Assembly (NCBI RefSeq): GCF_036365525.1
Contig: NC_090388.1
Coordinates: forward strand, 64,133,726-64,197,725
DNA from: Heterodontus francisci
Taxonomy: Eukaryota
Direction of reading: 5' to 3'
Length of the DNA stretch: 64,000 nt
Below, piece by piece: positions 12,181 to 25,642 of this stretch (positions are counted from its first letter, which is position 1; every line of letters starts with the position of its first letter). The notes under the pieces were generated by a model. That model saw nothing but the letters and a program-made list of their open reading frames with translations. It was not told where the DNA came from and did not search any database. Made by a program: the position numbers and the translations under genes.

Positions 12181-14314
12181 ACTCCCTCCGCAGCACTTAA
12201 AGCAGCCAGAAGTACTGCACAAAGAACAGCTAGGCGTTGCGCAAACGACTACTGGCAACACCTATGCAGTCATATTCAGCTGGCCTCAGACACCGGAAAC
12301 ATCAGAGGAATGTATGATGGCATGAAGAGAGCTCTTGGGCCAACCATCAAGAAGATCACCCCCCTCAAATCTAAATCGGGGGACATAATCACTGACCAAC
12401 GCAAACAGATGGACCGCTGGGTTGAGCACTACCTAGAACTGTACTCCAGGGAGAATGCTGTCACTGAGACTGCCCTCAATGCAGCCCAGCCTCTACCAGT
12501 CATGGATGAGCTGGACATACAGCCAACCAAATCGGAACTCAATGATGCCATTGATTCCCTAGCCAGCGGAAAAGCCCCTGGGAAGGACAGCATTACCCCT
12601 GAAATAATCAAGAGTGCCAAGCCTGCTATACTCTCAGCACTACATGAACTGCTATGCCTGTGCTGGGACGAAGGAGCAGTACCCCAGGACATGCGCGATG
12701 CCAACATCATCACCCTCTATAAAAACAAAGGTGACCGCGGTGACTGCAACAACTACCGTGGAATCTCCCTGCTCAGCATAGTGGGGAAAGTCTTTGCTCG
12801 AGTCGCTCTGAACAGGCTCCAGAAGCTGGCCGAGCGCGTCTACCCTGAGGCACAGTGTGGCTTTCGTGCAGAGAGATCGACTATTGACATGCTGTTCTCC
12901 CTTCGTCAGATACAGGAGAAATGCCGTGAACAGCAGATGCCCCTCTACATTGCTTTCATTGATCTCACCAAAGCCTTTGACCTCGTCAGCAGACGTGGTC
13001 TCTTCAGACTACTAGAAAAGATCGGATGTCCACCAAAGCTACTAAGTATCATCACCTCATTCCATGACAATATGAAAGGCACAATTCAACATGGTGGCTC
13101 CTCATCAGAGCCCTTTCCTATCCTGAGTGGTGTGAAACAGGGCTGTGTTCTCGCACCCACACTTTTTGGGATTTTCTTCTCCCTGCTGCTTTCACATGCG
13201 TTCAAATCCTCTGAAGAAGGAATTTTCCTCCACACAAGATCAGGGGGCAGGTTGTTCAACCTTGCCCGTCTAAGAGCGAAGTCCAAAGTACGGAAAGTCC
13301 TCATCAGAGAACTCCTCTTTGCTGACGATGCTGCTTTAACATCTCACACTGAAGAATGCCTGCAGAGTCTCATCGACAGGTTTGCGTCTGCCTGCAATGA
13401 ATTTGGCCTAACCATCAGCCTCAAGAAAACGAACATCATGGGGCAGGATGTCAGAAATGCTCCATCCATCAATATTGGCGACCACGCTCTGGAAGTGGTT
13501 CAAGAGTTCACCTACCTAGGCTCAACTATCACCAGTAACCTGTCTCTAGATGCAGAAATCAACAAGCGCATGGGTAAGGCTTCCACTGCTATGTCCAGAC
13601 TGGCCAAGAGAGTGTGGGAAAATGGCGCACTGACACGGAACACAAAAGTCCGAGTGTATCAGGCCTGTGTCCTCAGTACCTTGCTCTACGGCAGCGAGGC
13701 CTGGACAACGTATGCCAGCCAAGAGCGACGTCTCAATTCATTCCATCTTCGCTGCCTTCGGAGAATACTTGGCATCAGGTGGCAGGACTATATCTCCAAC
13801 ACAGAAGTCCTTGAAGCGGCCAACATCCCCAGCTTATACACACTACTGAGTCAGCGGCGCTTGAGATGGCTTGGCCATGTGAGCCGCATGGAAGATGGCA
13901 GGATCCCCAAAGACACATTGTACAGCGAGCTCGCCACTGGTATCAGACCCACCGGCCGTCCATGTCTCCGTTATAAAGACGTCTGCAAACGCGACATGAA
14001 ATCGTGTGACATTGATCACAAGTCGTGGGAGTCAGTTGCCAGCATTCGCCAGAGCTGGCGGGCAGCCATAAAGACAGGGCTAAATTGTGGCGAGTCGAAG
14101 AGACTTAGTAGTTGGCAGGAAAAAAGACAGAGGCGCAAGGGGAGAGCCAACTGTGCAACAGCCCCAACAAACAAATTTCTCTGCAGCACCTGTGGAAGAG
14201 CCTGTTACTCCAGAATTGGCCTTTATAGCCACTCCAGGCGCTGCTTCACAAACCACTGACCACCTCCAGGCGCGTATCCATTGTCTCTCGAGATAAGGAG
14301 GCCCAAAAGAAGAA
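12181..14314 (+). mobile_element. RTE-clade LINE, 5'-truncated (endonuclease missing)
   Basis: Uninterrupted RT ORF followed by a short 3' UTR ending in aaaagaagaa. Confidence 0.9.
12310..14259 (+). CDS. RTE reverse transcriptase ORF (649 aa; frame also open 5' of the ATG)
   Basis: Motifs NYRGISLLS, EAQCGFR, FIDLTKAFD, GVKQGCVLAP, LFADD, FTYLGS, RLRWLGHV and C-terminal CxxC...H finger. Confidence 0.9.
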   Translation: MYDGMKRALGPTIKKITPLKSKSGDIITDQRKQMDRWVEHYLELYSRENAVTETALNAAQPLPVMDELDIQPTKSELNDAIDSLASGKAPGKDSITPEIIKSAKPAILSALHELLCLCWDEGAVPQDMRDANIITLYKNKGDRGDCNNYRGISLLSIVGKVFARVALNRLQKLAERVYPEAQCGFRAERSTIDMLFSLRQIQEKCREQQMPLYIAFIDLTKAFDLVSRRGLFRLLEKIGCPPKLLSIITSFHDNMKGTIQHGGSSSEPFPILSGVKQGCVLAPTLFGIFFSLLLSHAFKSSEEGIFLHTRSGGRLFNLARLRAKSKVRKVLIRELLFADDAALTSHTEECLQSLIDRFASACNEFGLTISLKKTNIMGQDVRNAPSINIGDHALEVVQEFTYLGSTITSNLSLDAEINKRMGKASTAMSRLAKRVWENGALTRNTKVRVYQACVLSTLLYGSEAWTTYASQERRLNSFHLRCLRRILGIRWQDYISNTEVLEAANIPSLYTLLSQRRLRWLGHVSRMEDGRIPKDTLYSELATGIRPTGRPCLRYKDVCKRDMKSCDIDHKSWESVASIRQSWRAAIKTGLNCGESKRLSSWQEKRQRRKGRANCATAPTNKFLCSTCGRACYSRIGLYSHSRRCFTNH

Positions 14315-14923
14315 AGATCAAAAATCTGTCCAACTCATATATTCAATGACCCAGCCTCCACTGCTCTCTGGAGAAACGAATTACAAAGATTAATGACCCT
14401 CAGAGAAGAAATTCCTCCTCATCGTCGTCTTAAATGAAGACCCCTTATTTTGAAACTGTGCCTAGTTCTAGATTGCCCCATAAGGGGAAACATCCTCTCA
14501 GCATCTACCATGTCAAGCTCTCTCAGAATCTTATATGTTTCAATAAGCTCACCTCTCATTCTTCTAAACTCCAGTGAGTATAGGCCCAACCTGCTCAACC
14601 TTTCCTCATAAACCACCCTTTCATCCCAGGAATCAGCCGAGTGAACCTTCTCTGAACTGCCTCCAATGCAAGTATATCCCTCATTAAGTGAGAACAAATG
14701 CTGTACTCTAGGTGCGGTCTCACCAACACCCTGCAGCAGTTGTAACTCATTCTTTGTTTAAATGAATGGTACCCTTCACCCCACCCCCATATTGCCCCCA
14801 CGTGCAACTCTGATTTACACAATTACATTTAATTTGATGTATCTGGATAGAGGGTTACAAACTGTCCTGGAATGGAAGGAAAGTCTCCTAGACATTGCTG
14901 CTAGCAACATGGAAGAATAGAGG

Positions 14924-15263
14924 GCAGTGGTTAGCACCGCAGCCTCACAGCTCCAGCGACCTGGGTTCAATTCTGGGTACTGCCTGTGTGGAGTTTGCAA
15001 GTTCTCCCTGTGTCTGCGTGGGTTTTCTCCGGGTGCTTCGGTTTCCTCCCACAAGCCAAATGACTTGCAGGTTGGTAGGTAAATTGGCCATTATAAATTA
15101 CTCCTAGTATAGGTAGGTGGTAGGGAAATATAGGGACAGGTGGGGATGTGGTAGGAATATGGGGTTAGTGTAGGATTAGTATAAATGGGTGGTTGATGGT
15201 CGGCACAGACTCGGTGGGCCGAAGGGCCTGTTTCAGTGCTGTATCTCTAAAACTAAAACTAAA
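14924..15263 (+). mobile_element. HE1-like V-SINE, slightly 5'-truncated
   Basis: Near-identical to 1749-2117; (AAAACT) tail. Confidence 0.9.
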
Positions 15264-15645
15264 TCACCACATTGGCATACCCCACCTGTGGTTTCTGCCT
15301 GTTTACCCTCTTCATCAGCTTACAGGTGGCCTTAGACCATCTGGTGGTGCAAAACTCCGAGCAAAGGTACTCAACTACCAACTACTCGAAGTTAAATACA
15401 ATAACATTTACAAACTGCGAGCAAGTGTCGCATGATCAAACATGCCATGATCAAACCTCCAGGAATACCTCAATCTGAGTTGGCAAACCTATGCCCAATT
15501 AATCACAGCTATCATTAGCACAGTAACCATCTCAATAAAAGGACTACCATTTGTATTTATTCATATTGGCGATTGGTGACTAAACAAGCCAGTAGACCCA
15601 GCAGCACAGTAATACACAAAGGCTGGAAAAGCAGAAGACTCTTAC

Positions 15646-15713
15646 CATGAAAGGAGTATGGTGGCCAAGGGCAAGGAAGCGCAGTCCCAAACCATGTAAA
15701 ATGTTGATCATTC
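15646..15713 (-). CDS. AASS: AASS coding exon 4 (68 nt, phase 1->0)
   Basis: gacag|GA ATG ATC AAC...TTC ATG|gtaag; (G)[22 protein letters not shown]. Confidence 0.97.
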
Positions 15714-15756
15714 CTGTCACAAACAGCAGGAAGAAACTATTAGAAATTACTGTTCA

Positions 15757-15993
<237 letters not shown>

Positions 15994-17210
15994 TTAGGGC
16001 TGTAAAACTATCGACTTGCAGTCAAGGTCAATAGAAATTCCAACATACTTAGCTATCCTGGATTTATACCAAAATCAGGAGATCTTCCATCAAAGAGACA
16101 AAGGGATGTCAACCTCAGCTCTACATTGTGGTGCTGCACTATTGCAATGGCTCAAAAACAAGGAAAACCTTGACAACATTAAAATGAAAACGGAAAATTC
16201 TGGCAGTAGGTCGATCAACATTTGAAAGGAAATCAGACATTTCTCTTTCAGGAGTTGTATTTCCAGCATCTTCCTTCTTTTACTTCAGATTTCCAACATT
16301 CATGGTTCCTTTTCCCCCACCCCCACAAGGATATTGCACGGAGGAAGTTACTCAATACACACATTTCTGCTGTAATATCTAAAATACACAATACTTATAC
16401 AGAGTAAAGTATATTTATATTACTCTTAACTGATTTCTTTTGTTTATTTTGGTATTGGGGAGGAAGTTTTTTTTTAAAGGATTCTATTCAACTACTATGT
16501 TCTTAAGCACCTGCCCATTTCAGAGTTTTTGTTTATTTAATCAAATCCTCTTTATAAGGATTTGGCCTTATTTTTAAAAGGGTTATTGGTACATATTGCA
16601 CTGTTTTTAAAATCTTTTTGATAAGCAATGTATTGCAATCTTTACCATCTTTTATTTGTACCACAGGGAACAACATGGACTCCTACATTGTGCTGCTTCC
16701 CCTGACCAGACAGCCAGTGTGTCTGAAAATTGCGTTCTCACTTCCCATCATTGAGATGTACAAGTAGCCCAGCCCGGACCAGTCAGGTGGGCCCAAACAT
16801 CTTTTCATCAGTCCTCCCCCTCAGTCTCCATTTTTAATTCTTTTGGTGCGGCCAGTTAGATTCAATTCAATTCCCAATGGGCGCGAATAAATAGCATCTA
16901 ACTGGCCTGCAATCGGACAATCTCTTGGATAAAGGGGATAATGATTAAATATTGGAACAAGTATCGTCATATTGATGCTTTTAGTGGTAGGGAAGATTCC
17001 TCAGAGGTTGAAGTGTAGGCATATTATTTAGAGAATTCAGACATAGCTTTTGGATGTGTTTATTTCTGAGATTACTTAATGGAATTGACACTTTCAGTTT
17101 TCAGGATTTCGGAGTCTGGGACTTCAATAACATAAATCAGTCGTGCCAAAAACTGTCCTTCACATTAATTAGGTTCTTGTAAGGCGACAGTGCCATCTCA
17201 ACAAAGACAA

Positions 17211-17890
17211 GGGGCAGGATTTTGGGTTTGGACCCCAAAATCTGGCTCAAATTGGGGTTAGGATCCCATATTCTGAGGGGAAACAGTCAACCGGTAGTGA
17301 TTTTTCCTGAATAGGCCAATTAATGACCAGAGGACGGTCTCGCCATCCAATTAAGGACAGCGGCAGGCACTTGAGGCTGGAGGGCCAATAGGAGGGCTTT
17401 CAGCTCAGAAGGAGATGAAGCCTGCCGCTTCAGGTAAGAGAGAGGGCACCGCCATCTTGAGGGGCCCTCTCTGCAACTTTTAAATTAAAAAATGGTCACA
17501 ACAGCTGATCACATCATGGAGTGGGAACCTCTCCAAAGGGTGGCCTGCAGCTGTGGTCAGCCAGGCAGGGAGAGCCTGAAAGTCTGCCTGGAGTGCTGGC
17601 CCCCTGGTCTGTCATGGGAGGCTGCCTCTAGGCAGCTGGCCTAGTTTCCAATGCCAAGGGGGCCCACAGGCCAACTGAAAAATACCAGTCAGCCTCTGCA
17701 AATGGCCAATTAACTTACCTTAATTGGCTACCCAATGCTTGTAGGTGGATAGCCCTACCACCCTCAATCCCACTTTTGGGAAAATGGCCTGGGGGTGGGA
17801 TGATGCCGGCAAGCCAGCACATTAGTCGGCACTATTTTGGCAAAATTGGCACACCAGACGGTGGCACGATCTTTCGCATCAACCCACCCT
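17211..17890. mobile_element. Probable degraded GC-rich non-autonomous DNA element
   Basis: Abrupt GC-rich block starting ggggcaggattt with caattaa-type motifs resembling 36952-37350; no clear second terminus. Confidence 0.3.
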
Positions 17891-18149
17891 CTGTACTCAC
17901 ACAAGGAGTAACAATCTGATTTCTAACATCATTTTATAAAGAGAATTTCCATAAATCTGGAAGACAATATACTCAATGTATGCTAAAATTGTCAATAATT
18001 ATAAACATATGGAAAATACCTTTAGCAGTTAATGGGGCTGTTTCCTTCCTATTTTTGTTTTCTCTGCACATGTTTTTAAAGGTCACCACATCAAACTCAG
18101 GAAAAAAGTCTTAAAAACTGATACCAAAAAAAAAATACTTGTACTGTAC

Positions 18150-18326
18150 CTTTTCAATGATAGCATCCAGAACAGGCATGTTGGCCTCTTGGGCTTTAAT
18201 AGTGTGTGAAAAGAAGGCATAAGTCTTCCTAGGTATCAGCTTCTCCACTGGAGGGCTTTTCACTCCAATAATTAAAGAAGCCTCAGAGATGTCTTCCTGG
18301 ATTATAGCCCCTGCTTGCCGATAACC
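18150..18326 (-). CDS. AASS: AASS coding exon 2 (177 nt, phase 0->0)
   Basis: ttttag|GGT TAT CGG...GAA AAG|gtacag; [59 protein letters not shown]. Confidence 0.97.
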
Positions 18327-19279
18327 CTAAAAATGGAGAAGTTATAAAGATAAATAAAATGGTTTCCCTTTTCTTAAGTGAGCTTCAAAAGCATTGAACT
18401 TCAGCAAGTCAATATGTTAGACATGAACAAGTCCCCTGTTCTTATTTGTACCATTTGGCAGTGTGTGCTTCCACTTACATTCATCATTTACTCTTGATTA
18501 GATTAAGGAACGTTAGAATTTGAGGTAGAGTTGGCAGGACAGGACCAAAAATCGAGACATTTTTAAAAGAAGTATCACATTTAAGCAATTTCTTAGGCAT
18601 TTGGGACTTAGATGTGTTAATAATGTAGGCCTAAAAATGACTGCTGCTATGAGCGGACTAAAATTTCACAGCCTAGAGATTCCGCTCAATTGAGCTTTTT
18701 TTGATGCTGTTCAGCTGAAGATCGTGGAATCTTAATTGCAATTTGCGTTCCATGATCTTTTACATTAGGTTTAAAAACATCACGCTGGAAGTAGGCCCAC
18801 TAAATTAGCCACACAGCCAGGGCGAATTAATCACCATTGGGAGTTGTCACTAATTGTGCTTGTTTGCAAATCTTTAGGAAATCTTTAAAAATTAAGTTGC
18901 TTCTTTTGGGTGCTAGGACAGTAAAAGGCAAGTTTTAAAAGCTTTTGAATTTTTTTTTTGTTTGATTTATTAAGAAACTGACTACTGTACCTCAAAATAA
19001 CTAGAAAATTGCCTTATACATTTGTTAAAAGTGAATTGTACTAATTTAAAATCGGATCACTCACAGGCAGTGGATTGACAGTAATTAAAAATGCTTTTTT
19101 TTAGGCTGCGTTTGCTGACAAAGCTGTCACTAGGTGACGCTGCAGTGCCATATGCGCAAATGCAGCCTGTGCCACTAAAACGTCAGTCTGCGACTTCAGG
19201 CAGCTGCCAGGACTAAAGATGGTGCTGCTCAAATAATCACACGAAGGCAACCTGACCTAAACACATGGCAGCACACAAT

Positions 19280-19610
19280 GGTGGGAGGGAGAAAGCGAGC
19301 GAGCATGCCGGGGACGGGAGTGGGGGGGTTAACGGGCCAGGGCAGGGGACCAGGCCGGAGGGGGGGGGGGGGGGGGGGGGAGTGAGAGGGCCGGGGACGG
19401 GGGTGGGGGGGGCAGCGGAGTGGCCGAAAGAGTGGAGCAGCCGGAGATAGCAGTGCGGCTGCAGAGAGCTGAGCGGCCGGAGAGAACAGTGGGGGGGGGG
19501 GGGGCGGGGAGCGGAATGGCCGGAGAGAGCAGAGAGGGGGGGGGGGGAGCGGAGCGGCAGAGGGAGCTGAGCAGCCGGAAAGAGCAGCGAGGTGGGGGGG
19601 AGCAGATCTT
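19280..19610. repeat. G-rich low-complexity tract with poly-G runs inside a GC-rich repeat
   Basis: Several long G runs and repeated gagcggccggagag/gcagccggag units. Confidence 0.7.
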
Positions 19611-20919
19611 GACATATGGGTGAATACGTTAGCATTGCATTGCTGTACGCGTAAAGCGCATGCGCAGAGGCTGACCAGGGGCATTGCCCGAAGATGCACA
19701 CGTCACACGATGACATCATCGGCGCATGTGCTAACCAGTCCTGGCAAGTCGGAATGCAGCGCACGCGCAGAGAGCAGGAGCCAGTCTGCCCAAGTGCACA
19801 CCTTGGCGCAGCCTGATGACGTCAGTGGCCGGGTGTGTTGTCAGGAATCACATTGTTTTTTTTAATGATAAACCCATTTTCAGCTAGACTGCACCAACCT
19901 TCTTAAATATCTGAAGGAAAATTTAAAATTGCTGACCAATTGCGCGGGTGCAGAACAGATTATGCATTCTATGATATGCATATGAGATTGGGTGGAAAGA
20001 TGGTGGTGGTGTGGATGGGGTGTGGGAGAAGGCATTTTTCAAAACAAGTATAATTGTGAGTATGCACCAGAATTGCAGATCATGCTCAAAGCAGAAACTC
20101 TACTCCCATCTGTTTATATACAACCCACGGTCTGCTGTTTTACTGCAAGTGTTCACTCCATTTAAAAAATGTGATGACCTTTTGGAGAGGAGAAAAGAAA
20201 ATTAAAGAAGGAGGGGAGAGAAAACAAGCCAAGAAGTTTTGAAGTTGCTTAGTAATGAAGAAGATTGACTGGCAACCAAAGGAACCACAAAGAACTTGGA
20301 TTTTGGCCACATTCATTACAAACTGAACTTGCATTGACTATGTAATAACATGCAGTTATCACAAAGTACGACATAGGAGGAAGACTTGCTGTGGCGAATC
20401 TTGATCATTATTTACATTTCCGATTTTGCGCCATGGTACACCTCAATGGAATTTTCGGAAGATAAATAATTACATGAGCATCTACTCCTAAAAATCATTC
20501 CACCGATACAATGTTAGGAACAATGGAATTAGAACATGTAATATGGAACTCCCAGTGAAAATATAATCCAGCTGAGAATAGAGATCATGAAGCTCCAATG
20601 AAAGTTTCCTGCCTCCAAACAAACAGTAGCACTAACTAACAAAACAGCTTATTTAATGTGAAAGGAAACTGGAGACAGAAACAGTTTATTGCATTTCTGC
20701 CAGAACAGTGAAGCAATCTGGAGAATAAACTGCGAAACCTGTGCCTAGTAGAGAGTTAGATCCTCTTAAGAGACTAGCATAGCCATCTGAATATAAAAAG
20801 GCTGACTGATTATGGTTTCGGATACCCTTTCCCCTTCAAAAATGCGTCGTAACCATGTGAATGTTTACAATAAAACCTTAGAAAGTCCCATTTATAGAAA
20901 TAAAATCATTATTGCTCCA

Positions 20920-21842
20920 TGTCATGCAGATCAGAGGTGTGATATACAGACTAACTCTGAAGGGTTATTAAAAAATGAGCATTGTCTTTAAAAAATGAAC
21001 CTTTATTTTAAAAAGTGAACAATGGTCCAAAATGGCCACCAAAGAAAAAGGGGATTGGCGTTTTGTGTTTCCAAACAGTGTAACAAAGACGAAGGACAAA
21101 TCTTCAAAGCCAAAACATGTTAATGAAAACCAACTTAGACCTATCCTAAAAACATTCCAGAACTGATTGTCTTCTTCTAAAACAAAGGAGGTGTGACGTA
21201 GCCACATCCTGGGCCATTGTGTGATCACCATGGGAGAAACAAGAGTGTCTTCAAACAGGAGGTGAGAGGTGACACCGTTTTACCTTAAAACCAAGTCAGC
21301 CAGAGAGAGACTGATCCAGAATGTGAAGCTACTTATAACAGCTGGCATTCCAGCAAGCCAGAAAGCACGTGCCCTGCTGAAAATACCCAACATCTACAAT
21401 ATACAACAGAGATAGCTGGAAGTGACCCACCATCTTCTACAGAACCTTCAATCAAGAGAGAAATCTACAAACATCTCAAGCCTGTAACTATCTAAAACTT
21501 GAGTCACAAGAGAATTCAACAGGTTTATCGTAAACCTTCTCCCCCACTAAAACCCAGAACCCAGCTACTTCTTTCCCTTCTCTATGTTTCTTTTTTGTGT
21601 GCATGCGTGTGCGCCCGCGCAAGCAGATGATGAGTGAATGAGCTTGAGACAATTTCGGGATAAGGCATATTGATCAATAAAAAAATTGACTTTCTGTTTT
21701 CCAAACCTACAAGAAAACCTGTTGCTGTCTGTTTGAAAAATAAAACGTCAAGGGCTAACCTCTTAATACAAATACACTTGCTGCAGTCTGGTAGGGACTT
21801 GAACAGTGGGAACCACCCACATCGCACCACGTGGCCATAGCA
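20920..21842 (+). mobile_element. Solo LTR with 4-bp TSD
   Basis: TGTCATG...CCATAGCA, flanked by TCCA at 20916-20919 and 21843-21846; AATAAA at ~21676. Confidence 0.75.
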
Positions 21843-21957
21843 TCCACCGTATGTTCAAAACACAGATTTAAAAATTTCTGAGTGGTCGCAGAAACAGCTA
21901 AAACAGAACTGGACCCAGGCAGGGTCACATTCTGTCCAATGAAACATTCAGAATCAC

Positions 21958-22179
21958 CTTTTCATGGATTGCTCGTCTGTTGGACGGTTGCACCAGGACC
22001 TTGTAGCCTGCACTGGTCACTTCTTTGATGTGTCTTGGGGCCAATGGCGCTCGCCTCTCCCAGACGTTTATATCCTCCCTCCGCAATGCCAAGACAGCTT
22101 TGTGATGCTGGGATCTAGGGTGGCCACACCAGAAGAAGCACCTTATTGCTCTGCTGTTATGTTTCAACAACCAAAACAT
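21958..22179 (-). CDS. AASS: AASS first coding exon (222 nt CDS; exon begins at 22187) with likely mitochondrial targeting peptide
   Basis: aagcag|GTTTGAAC ATG TTT...GAA AAG|gtgatt; [74 protein letters not shown]; leader has no acidic residues. Confidence 0.95.
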
Positions 22180-23449
22180 GTTCAAACCTGCTTTTCAAAA
22201 GGAAGAGAGAAATACAGAAACATTTTAATGTCGATCCAGTATACACGCAAAAAAAAACCCTAATATAAATATTCAATTTGCAAATCAAACCATCCTGATC
22301 TCAGTAGCACTCTACTGTGAAAGGCAAAACAACATTTTGGTATTTGCTATATCCAGCAATGATTTTTCAAACTTTGCTGTCTGAGGACTCTGCAAGTTTT
22401 AACACATTCCACCAACCCCTACAAACATTGACATTCTTCCAGCAAGCCTATGCAAATATTGATACCCTCCTGTGGATGCAATACAAATGCTGGCACATTC
22501 TCAGCAATCTCTGCAAATATTAACACACCTCTATTGGCCCCTCTTAAGACAGTGACATGCTCTTAAAAACAGTGGGATAGAGATTCTGCAGTGGAGCCAA
22601 GCAGGCCATATTGCATGGGTCAATACATGCACCCCACCCAGTACTGAAGTCAGTGGAGCACTGCATAATAGAAGGCAGGTGTGATAATGTCCTTTTGGTG
22701 CTACCACCCAAGTTTATTTCCTATCTCAGTGTCACCTCTCAACAGCAAACAGTGCCAGCATGGCTGCAAATGTCTTAATTATACGGCAGCAACCGTAAAA
22801 ATAATGAAGACAGTGCACTTGCAATGAACACTATGCCCTGCACCAGGACAGAAATCTAATAACCACCCAACACTTTTAAGGTTTCCAAAAAAGTCTTCAA
22901 ATTCATGTTGTACAATATAATGTAAATTACAGTGACACTGTTACAACTGCAATTAAGCATCCTATCACCTTACAAATATTATTTGCTATACTCACTCCTT
23001 GCCTTTGTAAAGTTGTGCGGAGGCAGAAACCTGTAGCTATCTAAAACAAAAGCATGTGTGCCAGGTTAGATGGGATGAAGATAAAAAAACTCATTTAGAC
23101 AGATTTTTGTTTTCTCTTTTCTCCAAATATCAGCATTAAGCATTCCTCAGAGATCAGTCAATGGTCAGCTCACATGGCAAATGCAACTCAAGTCTGCCAC
23201 TACTGTAGACCGAAACAGTGCTGTGATCTCAGCCTTTGGCTTGTACAGTATGACATTTTCTGGAATGCACTACCTTAAAGGGAGGTAGAAGCAGATTCAA
23301 CTTTCAAAAGGGAATTGAATATATACTTGGAAAGGAAAAATTGGCAGGGCCGTAGGAATAGGGAAATGAGACTAGTTGGATAGCTCATTCAGAGAGCCAG
23401 CACTGGCATGAAGGGCTGAATCGCCTGTGCTGCATGATTCTGCATTCAA

Positions 23450-25081
23450 GGGGGAGAAGTGTGCCAACCTGAATTCATGTTGAAGATGAAGAATGCCATT
23501 ACGAACTGGAAAAATTGAAGAGAGTGTCTCAAAAGAGTGGGGAGCTGGTGGAGCTGCAAAGTCTCAACAAAATGGGCCTGGAGGAGGTGGAGTGCCACAA
23601 TGAACTGTTTGGATATGGGATATTGACTGAGTCATGGAAATGTTTTTTTTCTCTGTTTGAAAACTAAGGAGTGGGGGGGGGGTGGAATGACGGAAACCAG
23701 ACTGGGCAAATGGAAACATATTAACTTCGCCATATGGAACACTGCTTGAACCCTTTTTACTGGACATTGAACATAACTTGTTTAAAAGGACCACACAGCT
23801 GAACAGCTAAAACATGGTTGCTCATTTGCATGCGAGAGACAGTTACATAGAGAAACAATGGGAGTGCTCACTGATTCAATTAGCGAGATGGGTTTTGTCA
23901 ATAGTGGTGATCAAAAGACATTGAGAGCCACTGACTTTATAAGAGACAAACCTCCACCGCCACCCCCCCCCTCCCACCACCCCACACTGAGCGTGACTGG
24001 AGAACATTTGAAATCAACAATTCTCGCAGACGATGCTGTTTCAAACAAAGAGCTGGTCACATGACTAATCTGCTGGCCAACCTGGGGGACTTTTTGAATT
24101 GTGCCACACAGAAAGGACAGACTGCAATTCGAAGACCAAAGAGAAGGTAGGCCCCTTTCTCTCTCTCGAAACAGTGTGTGCAAGCTACAAGCCTGTTCCA
24201 AAGCAACAGAAAGAGAAATGCGGTCACATGCCGTATTGTATCAGTTTGTCTGGAAGACTGGCTAGAACCGGTTTGATCTGCCAAACCAAAGAAGCGTGCT
24301 CTCCTTGAAGGAAGGATTTGTCTCTCTCTCAGCAGAAAATCTAAATTAGCCTACAAGCTGTGTGTCGCCTTAAGAAGAAAAGACCCCTGGAAAGGAATCT
24401 TTGCATTGTTGGTAGCAAATTCCATTTTTACTTCCAGTGTCTAAGAAGTCTCTGCTTCAGGAGTGACTTTTTGTTGCCTTTCATGTTTCTGGGAGTTTTG
24501 GAAATTCAGTGAAGTTTCTACTGATAGACTGCTAATTCAAAATCTAAATTGACCTGTTGTTATACTCCTTGTTGAAAGATCCATGTGATGCCTACTGCAG
24601 CCAAAATGCTTTGAACACCTATCCATTACAGACAGTTCATCAACTGCTAGCAGACTTCGAATGGCATCTGACTATTCGACTCTAGGACACCTCACTGATC
24701 CAGGAACGTAATCCACCAGAACTTACAACCCAGCTATTTATTTATTCCTCAGAAACAGCTCTAATTTAAAACATCATTTTTAAAACCAGTTAGCCTTTGG
24801 GTTTTGAATGTATGTGTGTGTGCCTGAGGGTTAGGAAGTATAAGAAGTTATAAACTCTTTTCAGACAGATTTATCTCAGTATTATTTAAGATTTAGTTTA
24901 TTAATAAATAATTAATTTGTTGTTGTTTAAAGATATCTGATTTGGTGTGTTTTATACAGGGGGTTAATAAAGTATTTAATTTGGCTAATTTCTGGTAGGT
25001 GGGAAACATTAATAATATGCTGTGGCCTGTGGAGTAATGGGACTGAATTGACAGTGCATTACTCGCACCTTGGTCGTAACA
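23450..25081 (+). mobile_element. LTR-like element (3' end defined, 5' end uncertain)
   Basis: Ends tgtggcctgtggag...cgcaccttggtcgtaaca, homologous to the provirus LTR end at 50169-50232 read on the minus strand. Confidence 0.55.
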
Positions 25082-25406
25082 ACTGTTGAAAGTAATGCTC
25101 TTATTGATCTATTAATAATCCAAAAATCTGTTTTACCTTTCTCGTTTAAGATTTAAAATATATTAATTGTGAATTATAAACATGGAGACGGTTACCAAAA
25201 TGTATCATTTTTAATGTAACAATCAAAATCCCTTAGGGGAGCAGATACCCATACTCTTCCAGGAGATCAATATTGTACCTTCAATATTTGGATTTCTCCT
25301 TTAGGTTTTTGTGCACTGATGATTATTTCCTCCAATACAAGTGATGGAATGTTGTGCATTCCTACATCTTAAGGTACAGAGCTAGTGTAACTCCTTGTTT
25401 CTACAT

Positions 25407-25642
25407 GTCAAGGGCACATACTGTCCTTCAGATGAGATATTAAACAGAGGCCCTGTCTCCATCTCAAGTACAGATAAAAGATCCCACGGTCCTACTTCAA
25501 AGAAGAGCTGGGGAGTCTCCTGTGTCCTGGTCCATATTTATCCCTCAACCAATATCTTTAAAACAGATTATCTGGCCATTATCTCATTACTTTATGTGGG
25601 ACCTTGCTACGTGCAATTTGGCTGCTGTATTTCCTACATTAC
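25407..25642 (+). mobile_element. DeuSINE-like (SacSINE1/AmnSINE-type) fragment
   Basis: gtccttcagatgag..ttaaac.gaggccctgtct...aaagatccca...gtgggaccttgct..gtgcaa.ttggctgc core. Confidence 0.6.

Larger units (their letters stand above)
12050..14750 (-). mobile_element. CR1 3' fragment split by the RTE insertion (12050-12180 and ~14315-14750)
   Basis: Minus-strand peptides VLVRPHLEY, RDILALEAVQRRFTRLIPG and RLGLYSLEFRRMRGELIETYKIL; host rejoins as cccttgt|agatcaaaaatctg. Confidence 0.8.

Noticed and set aside
18250-18266. GVKSPP instead of mammalian GVKRPP in AASS
   Set aside because: The conserved Lys is retained and, as I recall, the next position varies among orthologues; no evidence of lost function
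19229-19865. Pro/Gly-rich ORFs and CpG-island-like composition
   Set aside because: Poly-G low complexity within a probable repeat; no recognisable protein or splice support
21925-22185. TTG-started single ORF extending the AASS exon (likewise 8570-8914)
   Set aside because: The ORF track reads through into introns; splice sites define shorter exons
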